Assembly (NCBI RefSeq): GCF_004010195.1
Contig: NC_057750.1
Coordinates: forward strand, 14,545,086 to 14,565,085
Direction of reading: 5' to 3'
Length of the DNA: 20,000 bases
DNA from: Chiloscyllium plagiosum
Lineage: Eukaryota
Shown here: in pieces, positions 8,361 through 19,140 of the stretch
Layout: each line of letters opens with the position of its first letter
How positions within the stretch are numbered: position 1 is the first letter of the stretch
Notes under the pieces: generated by a model
What the model was told of the DNA's origin: nothing
The model's database searches: none
What the model saw: only the letters and a program-made list of their open reading frames with translations
Position numbers and translations under genes: made by a program

Positions 8361-11300
8361 TTTCTTATTTCAAAACTATATTCATTCAAAAATCTTTCCG
8401 TACATTCATGTCACTGAAGCAGTTCAGTTCGGTACAGCCTTAGCATGTTGAGAACAAACAGACATTGGGATTTGATTCTCCAGTCAGTTCCTAAAAGCCC
8501 AAGGCATTTCTTACTTATACACAATACTATTTACATGTACTTAAGGCACTAGGAGGATCAGATAACTGAACGGACCCCAGTTTACCTTCAGCAGGAAGTC
8601 CTCAGACAGTGGTCTTTCCCCACCAGGCCTTGGCAGCAGCTGCCCCAGTCTTCAGTGGGTCCCTCAGTACATGGTCCTGGACCTTGGAATGTGTCAGTCT
8701 GCAACACTCGGTCGTGGTCACCTCCTTGTTCTGGAAGAATGACAAGAATGCCTTTCACTGAATTGATGGTCCTCCAGGTACAGTTGTTGTTTGTCTCAGT
8801 GTCTGTCCTGGACAACAGACCGTAGATCACAGAGTCCTGCACCGTGGAGGTGCTCGGGACGAGCCTCGACAAAAACCACTGCATCTTGCTCCAAACTTTT
8901 TTTGCAAAGGGCCAGTACAAAAGGAGATGTGACGGTCCCTACCCACCCACAGCTGCATCAAGGGCAGCGTGCAATGGCGCAGACCAACCATAAACATTCT
9001 CACAGGCAGTGCCCTTCTCACCACCAGCCAAGTGATGGCTTGGTGCTTGTTGGGAAGTTCTGGTGATGATACATTCTGTCAAATGACTTTGACAGTCTCT
9101 TCAGGGAACCATGCGATAGGATCCACTCTCTCCTTTTCCCGCAGGATCTCGAGGGTACTACGTGCTGACCACTTCCTGATGGAACTTGGGTCAAAGATGC
9201 TTTTCTTTGCAAATTTCTCCACAAAGGACAGGCGATATGGAACGGTCCAACTACTTGGAGCATTCCATGGTCATGAGGACAGTTCCATCCTTCGCAAAAA
9301 CGGGGACAGTTGGAACATCAGTACATAGTGACACTTGGTGTCTACGCACCGAGGGTCTATGTACAGCTTGATGCAGCCACACACAAAGGTGGCCATCAGG
9401 GTGAGGGTGACATTGGGTATGTTCTTCTCCCCCTTATCCAGAGTTTTGTAAGTTAACTCCCTGCAGACGCAGTCCATCTCAGACCTCCAGATGAAGTGGA
9501 AAACGGCTCAGGTAACTGCAGCAGCACAGTTTCGTCGAATGGATTAGACCTGCACCATGCAGACCACAAGACATAGGAGCAGAAATTAGGCCGTTCAGCC
9601 CATTGGGTCTGCTCCACCATACAATCATGGCTGATAAGTCACTCAACCCCATTCTCCCACTTTCTCCCTCTAACCTTTGATCCCCTTGATATTCAAGAAC
9701 CTATCTCAGTCTTAAATATACTCAATGACCTGGCCTCCACAGCCTTCCATGGCAGTGAATTCCATCGATTCCCCACTCTCTAGCTGAAGAAGTTTCTCTT
9801 TATCTTCGTTGTAAAACCTCTTCCCTTTACTCTAAGGCTGTGCCCTTGGGTCCTAGTCTCTCCTACCAATGGAAACATCTTCCCAACATCCACTCTGTCC
9901 AGGCCATTCAGTATTCCCCTAAGTTTCAATTAGTTCCCTCCACATCCTTCTAAACTCCAAGTATAGATGCAGGGTCCTCAAACATTCCGCTTATATTAAG
10001 CTTTTCATTCCTGGGACCATTCTCATGAACCTCCTCTGAACACGCTCCAGGGCCAGTTAATCCTTCCTGAGACATGGGGCCCAAAACTGCACTCAATACT
10101 CCAAACGTGGTCTGACCAGAGCCTTCTAGAGCCTCAGAAGCACATCCCTACTTTCATATTCAAGTCCTCTCAAAATAAATGCCAGCATTGCATTTGCCTT
10201 CTTGACTACTGACTCAAAGGTTTACCTTGACAGAATCCTGGACTAGAATTCCCAAGTCTCTTTGCACTTCAGATTTCTGAATTTTCTCCCCATTTCGAAA
10301 ATAGTCCATGCCTCTATTCTTCTGACCAAAGTACATGACCTCACACTTTCCCACATTGTACTCCATCTGCCGTTCATTGCCCACTCCCCTAACCTGCCCA
10401 AATCCTTCTGCAGCCTTCCCTGCCTCCTCAATGTACCTATCTTTGTATCATCTGCAATCTTAGCCAGAATGCCCTCAGTTCCTTCATCTAGATTGTTAAT
10501 GTATAAAGTGAAACATTGTGATCCCAACACTGAGCCTTGTGGAACACACTCATCACCGGTTGCCATCCTGAGGAAGACCCTTTTATCCCTATTCTCTGCC
10601 AGGCTTCTATCCATGCTTGCCTCTGACACCAGGGCCCATATCGTATTCAGTAGCCTCCTGTGGAGCACCTTGACATAGGCCTTCTTGAAGTCCAGGTAGA
10701 TAACACCCATTGGATCTCCTTGGTCCAACCTGCTCATTACTTCCTCAAAGAATACTAGCAGATTTCTCAGGCATGACCTCCCCTTGATGAAACCAATAGA
10801 GAGAGTGCCTCACCCCTGATGACCAGGTTTTTACCTGCAATGGAGAGGGAGAGATGCTCCCCAAAGACCAATTTCTGCCTTTCTTTCGCAGTACACTCCT
10901 AAGATTTTTGTGCATGCACCGGCCCCTCCGAACCATATTCCCGGCTCCTATAGGTAACCTGTCCTGACAGTCAAGGGAATATGGAATTGGTCAGCACAGT
11001 TCCTAAAGCTCATGGCCTCACTCTTGCCTTGATTTACCTTGGGTCCCAAGACCAGTTCAAATTGGTCACAGATGCTGAATAGTCTGTGCACTAACAGTGA
11101 ATCCGAGCAGAAAACGGCGATGTCCTCCATGTTCAGGAAGGTTTTGACCTTGAGGCCTCCGCTGCCTGGGATAGTCACCCCTCTCAAGCTCACATCCTTC
11201 CCAATGGACTGAGCAAAAAGGCTCTCTACAGCTCACAAACAAGGCCGGGGAGAGAGGCCAGCGCTGCCTGACTCCTCATCTGATCGGGAAGCTTTGTCAT

Positions 11301-11420
11301 TCCCACCCATTGATTGAGACTGCGCTAACAATGCCGTGTAGATCCAGTTGCGAATTCCCTCCCCAAAGGCCATTTTGGAGAGCACACACCACATGTACGT
11401 GTGCAATGCCCTGTCAAAGT
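8361..11420 (-). mobile_element. Tx1-clade (L1 group) LINE, 5'-truncated and degenerate, split by a CR1 (pieces ~8361-9566 and ~10792-11420)
   Basis: RT motifs GVTIPGSGGLKVKTFLNMEDIAVFCSD (YMDD-like) and KVNQGKSEAM. Post-RT LSLSIAGKNLVIRGEALSL joins across the CR1. The C-terminal zinc-finger region reads RRALPVR...PFAKKVW, and an A-rich 3' tail lies at ~8361. Confidence 0.85.
9567..10791 (-). mobile_element. 5'-truncated CR1 LINE inserted in the Tx1 element
   Basis: ORF 10243-10737 contains VIYLDFKKAY, VPQGSVLG and IADDTKIG RT motifs. The 3' end is at ~9567, and ACCA is present at both junctions (9563-9566, 10792-10795). Confidence 0.92.
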
Positions 11421-11429
11421 ACTAGCCAC

Positions 11430-12142
11430 TTTGTTTTTATTTCAAAAATATACATTATTCGTTTAAAAAAAACTTGGTATATATACACAGTCATACATGC
11501 AGTTCTATTCTGTGCAGGAGCATAATCAAGGAAACAACCAAACATTGAAATTTGAGTCTATTCGAGAAAACCAAAGACCTCTCTATGCATATAATATTTA
11601 CATGTACTTGAGGCACTAGGACAGTTAGATAACTGGACAGACCCCCATTTACCTTCAGCAGGAAGTTCTCAGACAGTGGTCTTTCCCTACATCTGCCCCA
11701 GGCTTCAGCGCATCCCTCAGCACTTGGTCCAGGACCTTGGAATGTGCCAGTCTGCAACACTCAGTCAACGTCAACTCCTTGCTCTGGAAGACCAACACGT
11801 TTTGGGGAGACCAAACAGCGCCTTTCACCAAGTTGATGGTCCTCCAGACGCAGCCGATGTTTGGCTCAGTGCACATCCCATGGAACAGACTGTAGAGCAC
11901 AGAGTCCCGTGTCACGGAGCTGCCCGAGACGATCCTTGACAAAAACCATTACATCTTTCTCCAAATTTCCTTTGCAAAGGCCTATACCAACAGCAGATGG
12001 GTGACAGTCTCAAACCCCCACAGCTGCTTCGTGTGATGGTACAGACCAACCAGGCACACATGAAGGATCTCACAGTTAGGGCCCTTCTCACCACCAGCCA
12101 ATCAATTTCTTTGTGTTTGTTGGAAAGTTCTAGTGATGAGAT
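11430..12142 (-). mobile_element. Second copy of the same Tx1-clade family (3' ~710 bp)
   Basis: Clear similarity to 8361-9070 (cttcagcaggaagt.ctcagacagtggtctttccc; WLVVRRALTVR; WRTINLVKGAVW; ECCRLAHSKV). A-rich tail at 11430. Confidence 0.9.
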
Positions 12143-12464
12143 CACACTGCCAGAGAACTAGACCCTGGGAATTCTTGATACATAGTTCTGAATGAATTCC
12201 TACAAATTCAGCTTGCTGTTTGGTTCAAAGGACCTCCATGTTGGGCATTGGGTACCAACACCTCAGGGTACGCTCTATGGGCACATTGGGTGCTTGTTGG
12301 GAGCGTTGACTACTCCCTGTGTCAAAGCTCCCTCACCTTAATCAGTACAAACTTCAACTTCAAACAGAAAGGGCCATTTTTATGATAAGACACACTTGAT
12401 CTGAGTTATGGGTTCAGTTCAAAGTGGACAGCACCCTTCAGTAAGAGGAGACAGTACTGTTATG

Positions 12465-12620
12465 ATAATGTCACTTGTCTTACTGCCCAGGCTAATGCTT
12501 TGAGGATATGGGTTCAACTCCCACCACAGCAGCTGGTGGAATATGGAATCAGGAATTGGAGGTTAGTTTCAGTAATGGTGACCAGAATAATTATTATCAA
12601 TTGTCATTTAAAAAAAAAAC
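12465..12620 (+). mobile_element. 5' part of a Deu-domain/SacSINE1-like tRNA-derived SINE (old)
   Basis: Box B gggttcaactccc followed by accacagcagctggtggaat; similar to 16480-16570. Confidence 0.7.
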
Positions 12621-12639
12621 CAGTGCAGCCGCCAAAACA

Positions 12640-13880
12640 CCATAAAATGTAGTAGTGGAAGTAGGCTATTCAACCCATTGAGTCTGCTCTACCATTCAAT
12701 GAGATCATGGCTGATCCTGGTAATCCTCACTCCACTTTCCTGTCTTTTCCTATACACCTTGATTCTCTTACTGATGAAAAATCTCTCTATCTCAGCCTTG
12801 AATATATTGAATGACCCAGCCTCGACAGCGCTCTGCAGTAAAAAGTCCGATAGATTCACTACCCTCCTCATCTCTCTCTATTAAATGGGTGTGCCATTAC
12901 TCTGAGAGGATGTCCCTTCGACCTCGACTGTTCCACAGGGGAAACAAAATTTTCGCATCTACCTTGTCAAGTCCTTGATTAATCGTGCAAATTTGAATAA
13001 GTTCTCCTCTCATCCATCTCAACTCCAACGAGTACAGGCTCAATCCACTCAACATCTCCTCATAAGACAGTCCTTTCATATCTGTTATCAGCCAAACGTA
13101 CCTTCTCTGGACTGCCTCCAACGTCAATACATCTTTTCTTAAACTGTTCGCAGCATTCCAGTTGTGGGCTGACTGGTGCCTTGTACAATTTTAGCAAAAC
13201 TTCCTTACTTTTGCACACTATTCCCTTTGAAGTAAAGGCCAACATACCCCTTTGCCTTCCCTGTTACTTGGTAATGCTAGTTTTTTGTGAGACATTGCTG
13301 AGGACTTACAATCCTTCTCCTCTGCGACTTTCTGAAGTTTTTCTCCATTTAGTTAAAATTCAGCTGTATTATTCTTCCTGCCAAAGTGCATAACCTCATA
13401 TTCTCACATGTTGTGTTCTAACTGCCAAGTATTTGCCCACTCACCTAACCTGTTCATATCCCTCTGCAGACTGTCTGTGTCTTCCTCACCACTTGCTTTC
13501 CCATCGATTTTTGTGTCATCCACACACTTGGCTGTAGTGCATTCATTTTCCTCATCCAAGTCATTAATATGTACTGCTGCGAATTGTGGCCCCATCACTG
13601 ATCGCTGTGGTACTCCACTAGTTACATGTTACCAACCTGAAAATCACTCCTTAATCCTAACTCTGTGTCTTTTACTAGTAAGCCAATCCTCTATATTGTG
13701 GTAATATACTATCCCCAACATGATGGGCTCTCATTTTATAAAACGAATATGTGGCATCTTATCAAACACCATCTGAAAATTCAAATATATTACATCCACT
13801 GCTTCCCCTTTATCTATTCTACTTGTTACATCCTCAAAGAATTCTAGTAAATTTGTCAGGCACGATTCATGAAGTTATAC
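12640..13880 (-). mobile_element. 5'-truncated degenerate CR1 LINE
   Basis: Minus strand shows INDLDEENECTTAKCVDDTKI (RT), LEAVQRR...LSYEEML...YSLELRWMRGELI and VVNL...AVEAGSFNIFKAEI. The 3' end is at ~12640. Confidence 0.9.
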
Positions 13881-14159
13881 TGAATCTGTTTGATCAGAGA
13901 ATGTATTTCGAAATGCTCTGCCATTATTGTCACAAAATCAGATTGCTACAATAAGCCGGCATGTTTCAAAGCGATGTTTTTTTTTTCTGAGGCCAACGTA
14001 CACAAATAACATGGAGTCAAAATGCATCCTTGTTAAGTTACCTGTTTTGAAATCTCTGAGAGAATGGCATTGAGTGATAAAGCTGAAACTTGCCTTCTTT
14101 CGAAATGCATCATGGTGACTTCCTCTTATCAAATAAAGGTTGTAAACAGTAGATTATTG

Positions 14160-14320
14160 AAAAATTGTACAAGGCTCCAGCCAGCCCACAACTGGAATGC
14201 TGTAAACAGTTTTGATGCCCTTAAAAGGTATATTGGCCTTGGAGGCAGTCCAGACAAGGAACATTTGGCTGATAACAGATATGAAGAGACTGTCTTATGA
14301 GGAGATTGGGCCTTCTAATT
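14160..14320 (+). mobile_element. CR1 internal fragment, inverted relative to and very similar to 13054-13192
   Basis: 14239-14306 matches the reverse complement of 13054-13121 at 63/68 positions by manual alignment. Confidence 0.85.
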
Positions 14321-14337
14321 TTAGAATGTGTACGTGA

Positions 14338-14522
14338 CCATGTAGTTATACAACAACGAAACAGACCTTTGCTCCAATTAGTCCACGCCACCCAGGGTTC
14401 CCAAACTAAATTAATCTGATTTGCCTGTATTTGGCCCATATCCCTCGAAACATTCCTGTTCATGCACCTGTCCATATGTCTTCTGATTGCTGTAATTGTA
14501 TCTGCATCTACCACTTCTTCTG
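14338..14522 (-). mobile_element. CR1/HER1-like 3' end fragment
   Basis: Minus strand reads EEVVDADTITAIRRHMDRCMNR followed by a typical 3' tail. Confidence 0.85.
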
Positions 14523-14524
14523 TG

Positions 14525-14690
14525 AAGGGAGGATGGGTGACAAGTGAGTGAGGGGAGTAAGGCAGAGGGGGGCATGAGGTGACGGGACAGTGGATGAGGG
14601 GATGGGGAGTGTGGGGAGGGATAGTGAGGGGAGGAGGCAAGTAAGGGATAGTGAGGGAAGGAGGCGGAGGAAGGGTTAGAGAGGGGGCGA
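14525..14690. repeat. Purine-rich (G/A) low-complexity, degenerate minisatellite
   Basis: Repeated gggatagtgagggga / gtgagggga-like units and many G runs. Confidence 0.75.
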
Positions 14691-15104
14691 CCAAATAACT
14701 GTAAAAGGTTTGAAGGTTTAAAAAGAAAACTTAGGTATTTTAGTTTGAACAAATAGTTGAACAAAAGAAGCTGCAAGTGTGTTTTGAGAGGATCGTATAA
14801 TCTAGTCAATGAAAGGTCTACCCTACCCCCCTTTAGGAAAAAAGCTCAAATCAGCAGGAGATAAATTTTCGTCCTGAAAGTGATTCCTTTTAATGCTTTT
14901 CAGATAGATAGGTATATTTTTAATAGCTGTATTGCTAATTGGGGTATTGTTTGTTCAAATATAGTAAAGACATTGTGTTAAAGTTGTGAACATTAACCCT
15001 TTCTTTCTCATAATTCTCACGTCTGAAGCTGTCAGATGTAGAAGTTTACATCTGACAGAGAAGATTAAGATGGCTGAGTGTTGGTGTGGAGACACCAATG
15101 AAAT

Positions 15105-15432
15105 GGGTTTGTTCTTTACTGAACAGAGGAGGTTGCCTTGAGAATCGATGGGTATTGGAAACGGTGAGAGGTTTGGGCTGCAGGATTGGGGAAAAGAGCA
15201 GAGGGAAGCTGAAGAGGGCCATTTTCTTTTCTGAAATGAGTTGCTGTGATCTTTCTGAGAGGCGGTGGGAGCAGGTCCAGTGATAACATTCACAAAAACA
15301 TTTAGACGTGTGCTTGAGGTTGGCAATGCCAGGTCAGCGGGGCAAAAGCAGGGTGGAGACGAGCTTTACAAATGCCTCTTTCAAACAGTGGGCAGCAAAC
15401 AAATCTGGACATGTCCGTACGATTCTGTGATT
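15105..15432 (+). mobile_element. Highly diverged CR1 3' fragment
   Basis: ttgttctttactgaacagaggaggttg, gagcaggtccagtgataacattcacaaaaacatttagac and a terminal gattctgtgatt repeat. Confidence 0.55.
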
Positions 15433-15589
15433 GAACGTGCAGGACACGGGTCTGGACTGAAGCAGATGAAGGAAGCGTGTTCTGACTGGAAGGGTCTTAA
15501 CTTATCAGCTGACCTGTAGCTGTTCGGCGCTGATTCTAACATACTTGTTCATGTGGCTAACATTCCCCACAACTCAAAAAAGGGGATAG

Positions 15590-16330
15590 AATAATAGAAG
15601 CACGAATGACCACAGCACAGGAGGCCATTCAGCTCGTCATTTCTACTACAGCTCAACACAACCTAGTCCCACTTCCACACCTTTGTCCACTGACATCATT
15701 GAGTCTTTTTCTATTCACATGCTTATCAATTCCCTTTCAACCTGCCTCCCCCCACACTCTCAGACAGTCCACTCCAGACCCTAACCCCTCGAGTGAACCT
15801 GCCTCCCCCCACACTCTCAGACAGTCCACTCCAGCCCCTGACCCCTCGAGTGAACCTGTCTCCCCCACACTCTCAGACAGTCCACTCCAGACCCTAACCC
15901 ATCGAGTGAACCAGCGACTTCCGCTTGTCGGTCCTATTTCCAGTGGGAACGGTTTCGCCCTCTTTCCCTTCGAGACCCCAGACCACTTTGAACGTATTGA
16001 TCAAACCTCCTCCTAACTTTCTCCTGTCCAGGGAGAACAGCCTCAGCTTCCTTTTGATCCACTTAAGCCAAAGTCTCTCATCCCTGGAGCCATTCTTGGA
16101 AATCTGTGCTCCCACTCTGAATAGATTCATGAACTAGCTTTCAAATACCACGTACAAAATTGGTCACAATATTCCAGTTGAGGCAGACCGGTGGTTAACA
16201 GGGGTTCACCCATAACCTCCTTGTTTTTTGCAGCTCCTGGCTGTATTTATAAAGTCCAACATTCTGTCTGTATTCTCAATGGTCTTCTCAACCTACCCTG
16301 CCATTTTACAGACCAGTGCATGCCTATCGA
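15590..16330 (-). mobile_element. Degenerate CR1 3' portion containing a tandem triplication
   Basis: Minus strand reads LRLFSLDRRKLGGGLINTFKVVWGLE; the 3' tail is near 15590-15630. Confidence 0.8.
15739..15912. repeat. Tandem repeat, 3 copies of a 56-57 bp CR1-derived unit
   Basis: Unit aacctgcctccccccacactctcagacagtccactccagaccctaacccctcgagtg starts at 15739, 15796 and 15853. Confidence 0.95.
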
Positions 16331-16397
16331 TTAAACTGTTTCTGAACTCTTACAACTTAAATCATCTAGATACCCATGCCAACATACTGAAGGGAAA

Positions 16398-16750
16398 CAT
16401 TATCGCTAGACTCTTCATCCAGAGATCCCAGAGTCCTCACTTTCTCCCTATTCATCCAGAGACCCAGGAAATGTTCTTGGGACCTGGGTTTAAATCCCTC
16501 CAGGACAGACGGTGGAATTTGAATTCGATAAAAATGTAGAATAATGATCATGAATTGATTGTTGGCAAAACCCATCCGGTTCACGAATGTCCTTTAGGGA
16601 AGGAAACTGCCATCCTTACCTGGTCTGGCCTACATGTGACTCCAGACCGCACAGTAAGGCAGTTGATTCCTAACTGCCCCCTGAGCCATTAGGGATGGGT
16701 GATAAATGCTGGGCCTAGTCAGTGACGCCCTCATCCCAGAAATTGAAAAC
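16398..16750 (+). mobile_element. Deu-domain/SacSINE1-like SINE, near full length
   Basis: Box B gggtttaaatccc, core cctttagggaaggaaactgccatccttacctggtctggcctacatgtgactccagac, and LINE-derived tail ttagggatgggtgataaatgctgg...catccca. Confidence 0.85.
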
Positions 16751-16754
16751 GATG

Positions 16755-17125
16755 ACCAAGAACAAGAGGACTCAGATTTAAAGTGATTTGCAAACTAAGC
16801 AAAGATGATGTGAGGTAAAGCTTGTTCACTGCCTGGAAGTGTGGTAGAGGCAGGTTCAATTGGAACAGTCAAGATGGCCATTGGATGGTTAATTGGACAG
16901 AAATAATGTGCAAGGACATGGGGGAGATTGGCAGGCGATAGTCAAATAAATAGGAAGGGGGTGGGGCTAGGGAGAAGGTAGCCAAGAGTACAATAGGTGG
17001 ATGGAGGTGAGGTTAAAGGTGATAGGTGAGAGAGGAGCCTAGGCGATAGTGAGGCTCATTCGAAGAGCTGGTGCAGGCTCCATAGACCAATGACCTCCTT
17101 CTATGAGGTAACAAGTCTGTGATTG
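16755..17125 (+). mobile_element. CR1 3' fragment interrupted by a 98-bp insert
   Basis: gaacaagaggactcagatttaaagtgattt, cactgcctggaagtgtggtagaggcaggttcaatt, and tail gaagagctggtgcagg...tgacctccttct. Confidence 0.75.
16943..17040. mobile_element. 98-bp purine-rich insert (resembles a shark Penelope-like repeat segment) with 10-bp TSD
   Basis: AGGCGATAGT is repeated exactly at 16933-16942 and 17041-17050. Confidence 0.7.
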
Positions 17126-17519
17126 GATGGCATAATTTAACCCAGTGTCTCCAACAGAGAAGAACAATAAAGAGGAACAACCCAACGGAGCAGTGAGTCC
17201 GGGTGAAGGGTCGTCACAATCGCATAGGAAGATAAAGGAGAGGAAACGGAAAAGGTATCATCAAGACAGCAGAGGTCAGGGACAACTGTCCGGGTCTGTG
17301 ATGTAAATTCTCAACTCACCTTGTGTCCTAGTTCCCAGCTGCCCCCCCCCATTCCGGAGGCCTGGTCAGCATTGCCCCCTCTCCCCACCCTCAAGACCCT
17401 GCTCTTAATATCTTGCTAACAATCACCCAAGGCAACTTGTCCCTATTTCATTCACCCAGAGTCAGTCACCCTGACAGTTGGAGATCAGCAGCAGGAGGGA
17501 CAAGAATAAAGAATAGATT

Positions 17520-18130
17520 CCCAATGCAGAGGCCTCAGGCTATTACTCTGGAAACATGGGTTCAAATCCCACCAGGCCAGATGCTGGAATTAAAGTATAA
17601 TTGTTAAATCTAAAACTGAAAGCCATCCACAAGGACAGTGACCATAAAGCTCTCACCAATTGTTGTAAAGGCCCGTTTGGTTTGCTAATGCCTGTTTAGG
17701 AAGGGAAATTTGCCGTTCTTACCCAGTCTGGCCTACATGTGACTCCCAGACACCCAGCAATGGTGACACGGTGACTCAGTGATTAGTACTTTGCCGCACA
17801 GTACCACAGACCTGGGCTTTCCATTGGTTTCCTCCGGATGCTCTGGTTTCCTTCCACAGTCCAAAGATGTGTAGGTCAAGTAGATTGGCCATGTTAAGTT
17901 GCCCAAAGCATCCTGGAACGTGTAGGCTAAGTGGATTAGCCATGGGGAATGCAGGGTTACAGGAATAGAATTAGGGCTCTTCGGGGGGGGGGTTGGGGGG
18001 GTCAGTGTTGACTCAATGGGCTGAATGGCCTGCTTCCACACTGTGGTTCAACGTGACTGATTCCTACTCACTCTCTCAAATGGCCGAACAATCCACTCAG
18101 CCCCAGGGCAGAGAGGGACAGGCAATACCC
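17520..18130 (+). mobile_element. Deu-domain SINE split by an HE1 SINE
   Basis: Box B gggttcaaatccc (17558) and core tttagggaagggaaatttgccgttcttacccagtctggcctacatgtgactcc. The remainder (aaatggccgaacaatccactcag...agggacaggcaata) resumes after ~18048. Confidence 0.8.
17761..18045 (+). mobile_element. HE1-type SINE nested in the Deu SINE
   Basis: Head ggtgacacggtgactcagtgattag, body ggtttcctccggatgctctggtttccttccacagtccaaagatgtg, tail gggctgaatggcctgcttccacactgt. Similar to 5384-5678. Confidence 0.88.
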
Positions 18131-18465
18131 ACTGGGAGAATGTAAGTGATGCCCTGTGAAAGAATAAAGAGAAGAGATCAATTCTTTAGCACTTCCCCCT
18201 GCCTCCCCCCACCCCCGCTCTCTCTCTCCCTGCTGGCCTGTCATTTAATTGGTTGATATTTTATGGTGACTTCTGCACACCAACTCACACATTCCTTTAC
18301 TTCCTGGGACCTTCACATTGTTGACAAAGTAAAGGAAGCTCTGGCATTTCGCTAACACCTTTCATTCCCCTCCAACGTTCGACTATTCTACTATGGGCCT
18401 GAGGTTGGTAGATGTTGCATGAATTTGTTGATGTCAGCAAATCTGACCTTTTACTTAAACCTACA

Positions 18466-18650
18466 AGCGGTAGTAGAGGCAGGCACAGTAGATTAATTTA
18501 AGATACATCTGGACAGACACATGAGTAGGTGGGGAGCAAAAGGATACAGATCCTTAGGAATTGGGAGACAGGTTTAGACAATGGATTTGGATCGTCACAG
18601 GCTTGGAGGGCCGAAGGGCCTGTTCCTGGGCTGTAAATTTTCTTTGTTCT
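18466..18650 (+). mobile_element. CR1/HER1-like 3' end fragment
   Basis: gtagaggcaggcacagtag...ggcttggagggccgaagggcctgttcctgggctgta; similar to 7375-7545. Confidence 0.85.
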
Positions 18651-19140
18651 AAGACACATTCAGGTTGAGACTTCGCCTCTACCAGGAGATTGTTACAGAG
18701 AGTCCGAGCAGTCACATGATCTTCCATCACTTGGCAACGATGCTCTCAGTGATCTTGTTCACATCTCACACTAACTCTTTACACCATAGATACCTCAATG
18801 CACTCCATTGCTAAGAAACTCACTTTTGAACGTATAGTCCCTCCCTGCTCTATGTATCATCCAATCTGCACACAGCAGGCTCCCACAAAAGCAGTGCGAT
18901 AACAGCTTCACTTTTTCTTTTTTCTAAATCAAATCAAAGGAAAAACAAACAAAAAAGAAAAAAAAAACAATAAAGAAAACCAAAAAGAGCAAATATCTTC
19001 CCTGGAAAAGTGGGGGAAGAAAAAGAAACTCCCCTCCTCCAAAACACAGAGTGTATTCGCAGGGACACACTGACTGTGGTCTAGCCAGCACAGTGTCGGT
19101 GCACTAAACTGAGGAGATTCTAAAGCTCTTGGTTATATAA

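Noticed and set aside
10243..10737. 164-aa reverse transcriptase ORF as a functional or novel RT system (retron/DGR-like)
   Set aside because: Typical CR1 LINE RT fragment with frameshifts, 5' truncation and no endonuclease or ORF1; dead copy.
14221..14809. Proline-rich 157-aa and 132-aa ORFs
   Set aside because: Produced by the antisense of a G/A low-complexity tract joined to CR1 fragments.
15739..15912. CRISPR-like array
   Set aside because: Contiguous tandem units with no unique spacers, CR1-derived, eukaryotic context and no cas genes.
15606..16016. 136-aa ORF with internal repeats
   Set aside because: Antisense of a CR1 plus the 57-bp tandem repeat (a multiple of 3), which keeps the frame open by chance.
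18908..18990. T-tract followed by A-tract as terminator or hairpin
   Set aside because: Simple low-complexity sequence, possibly decayed retro-tails, with no specific structure.
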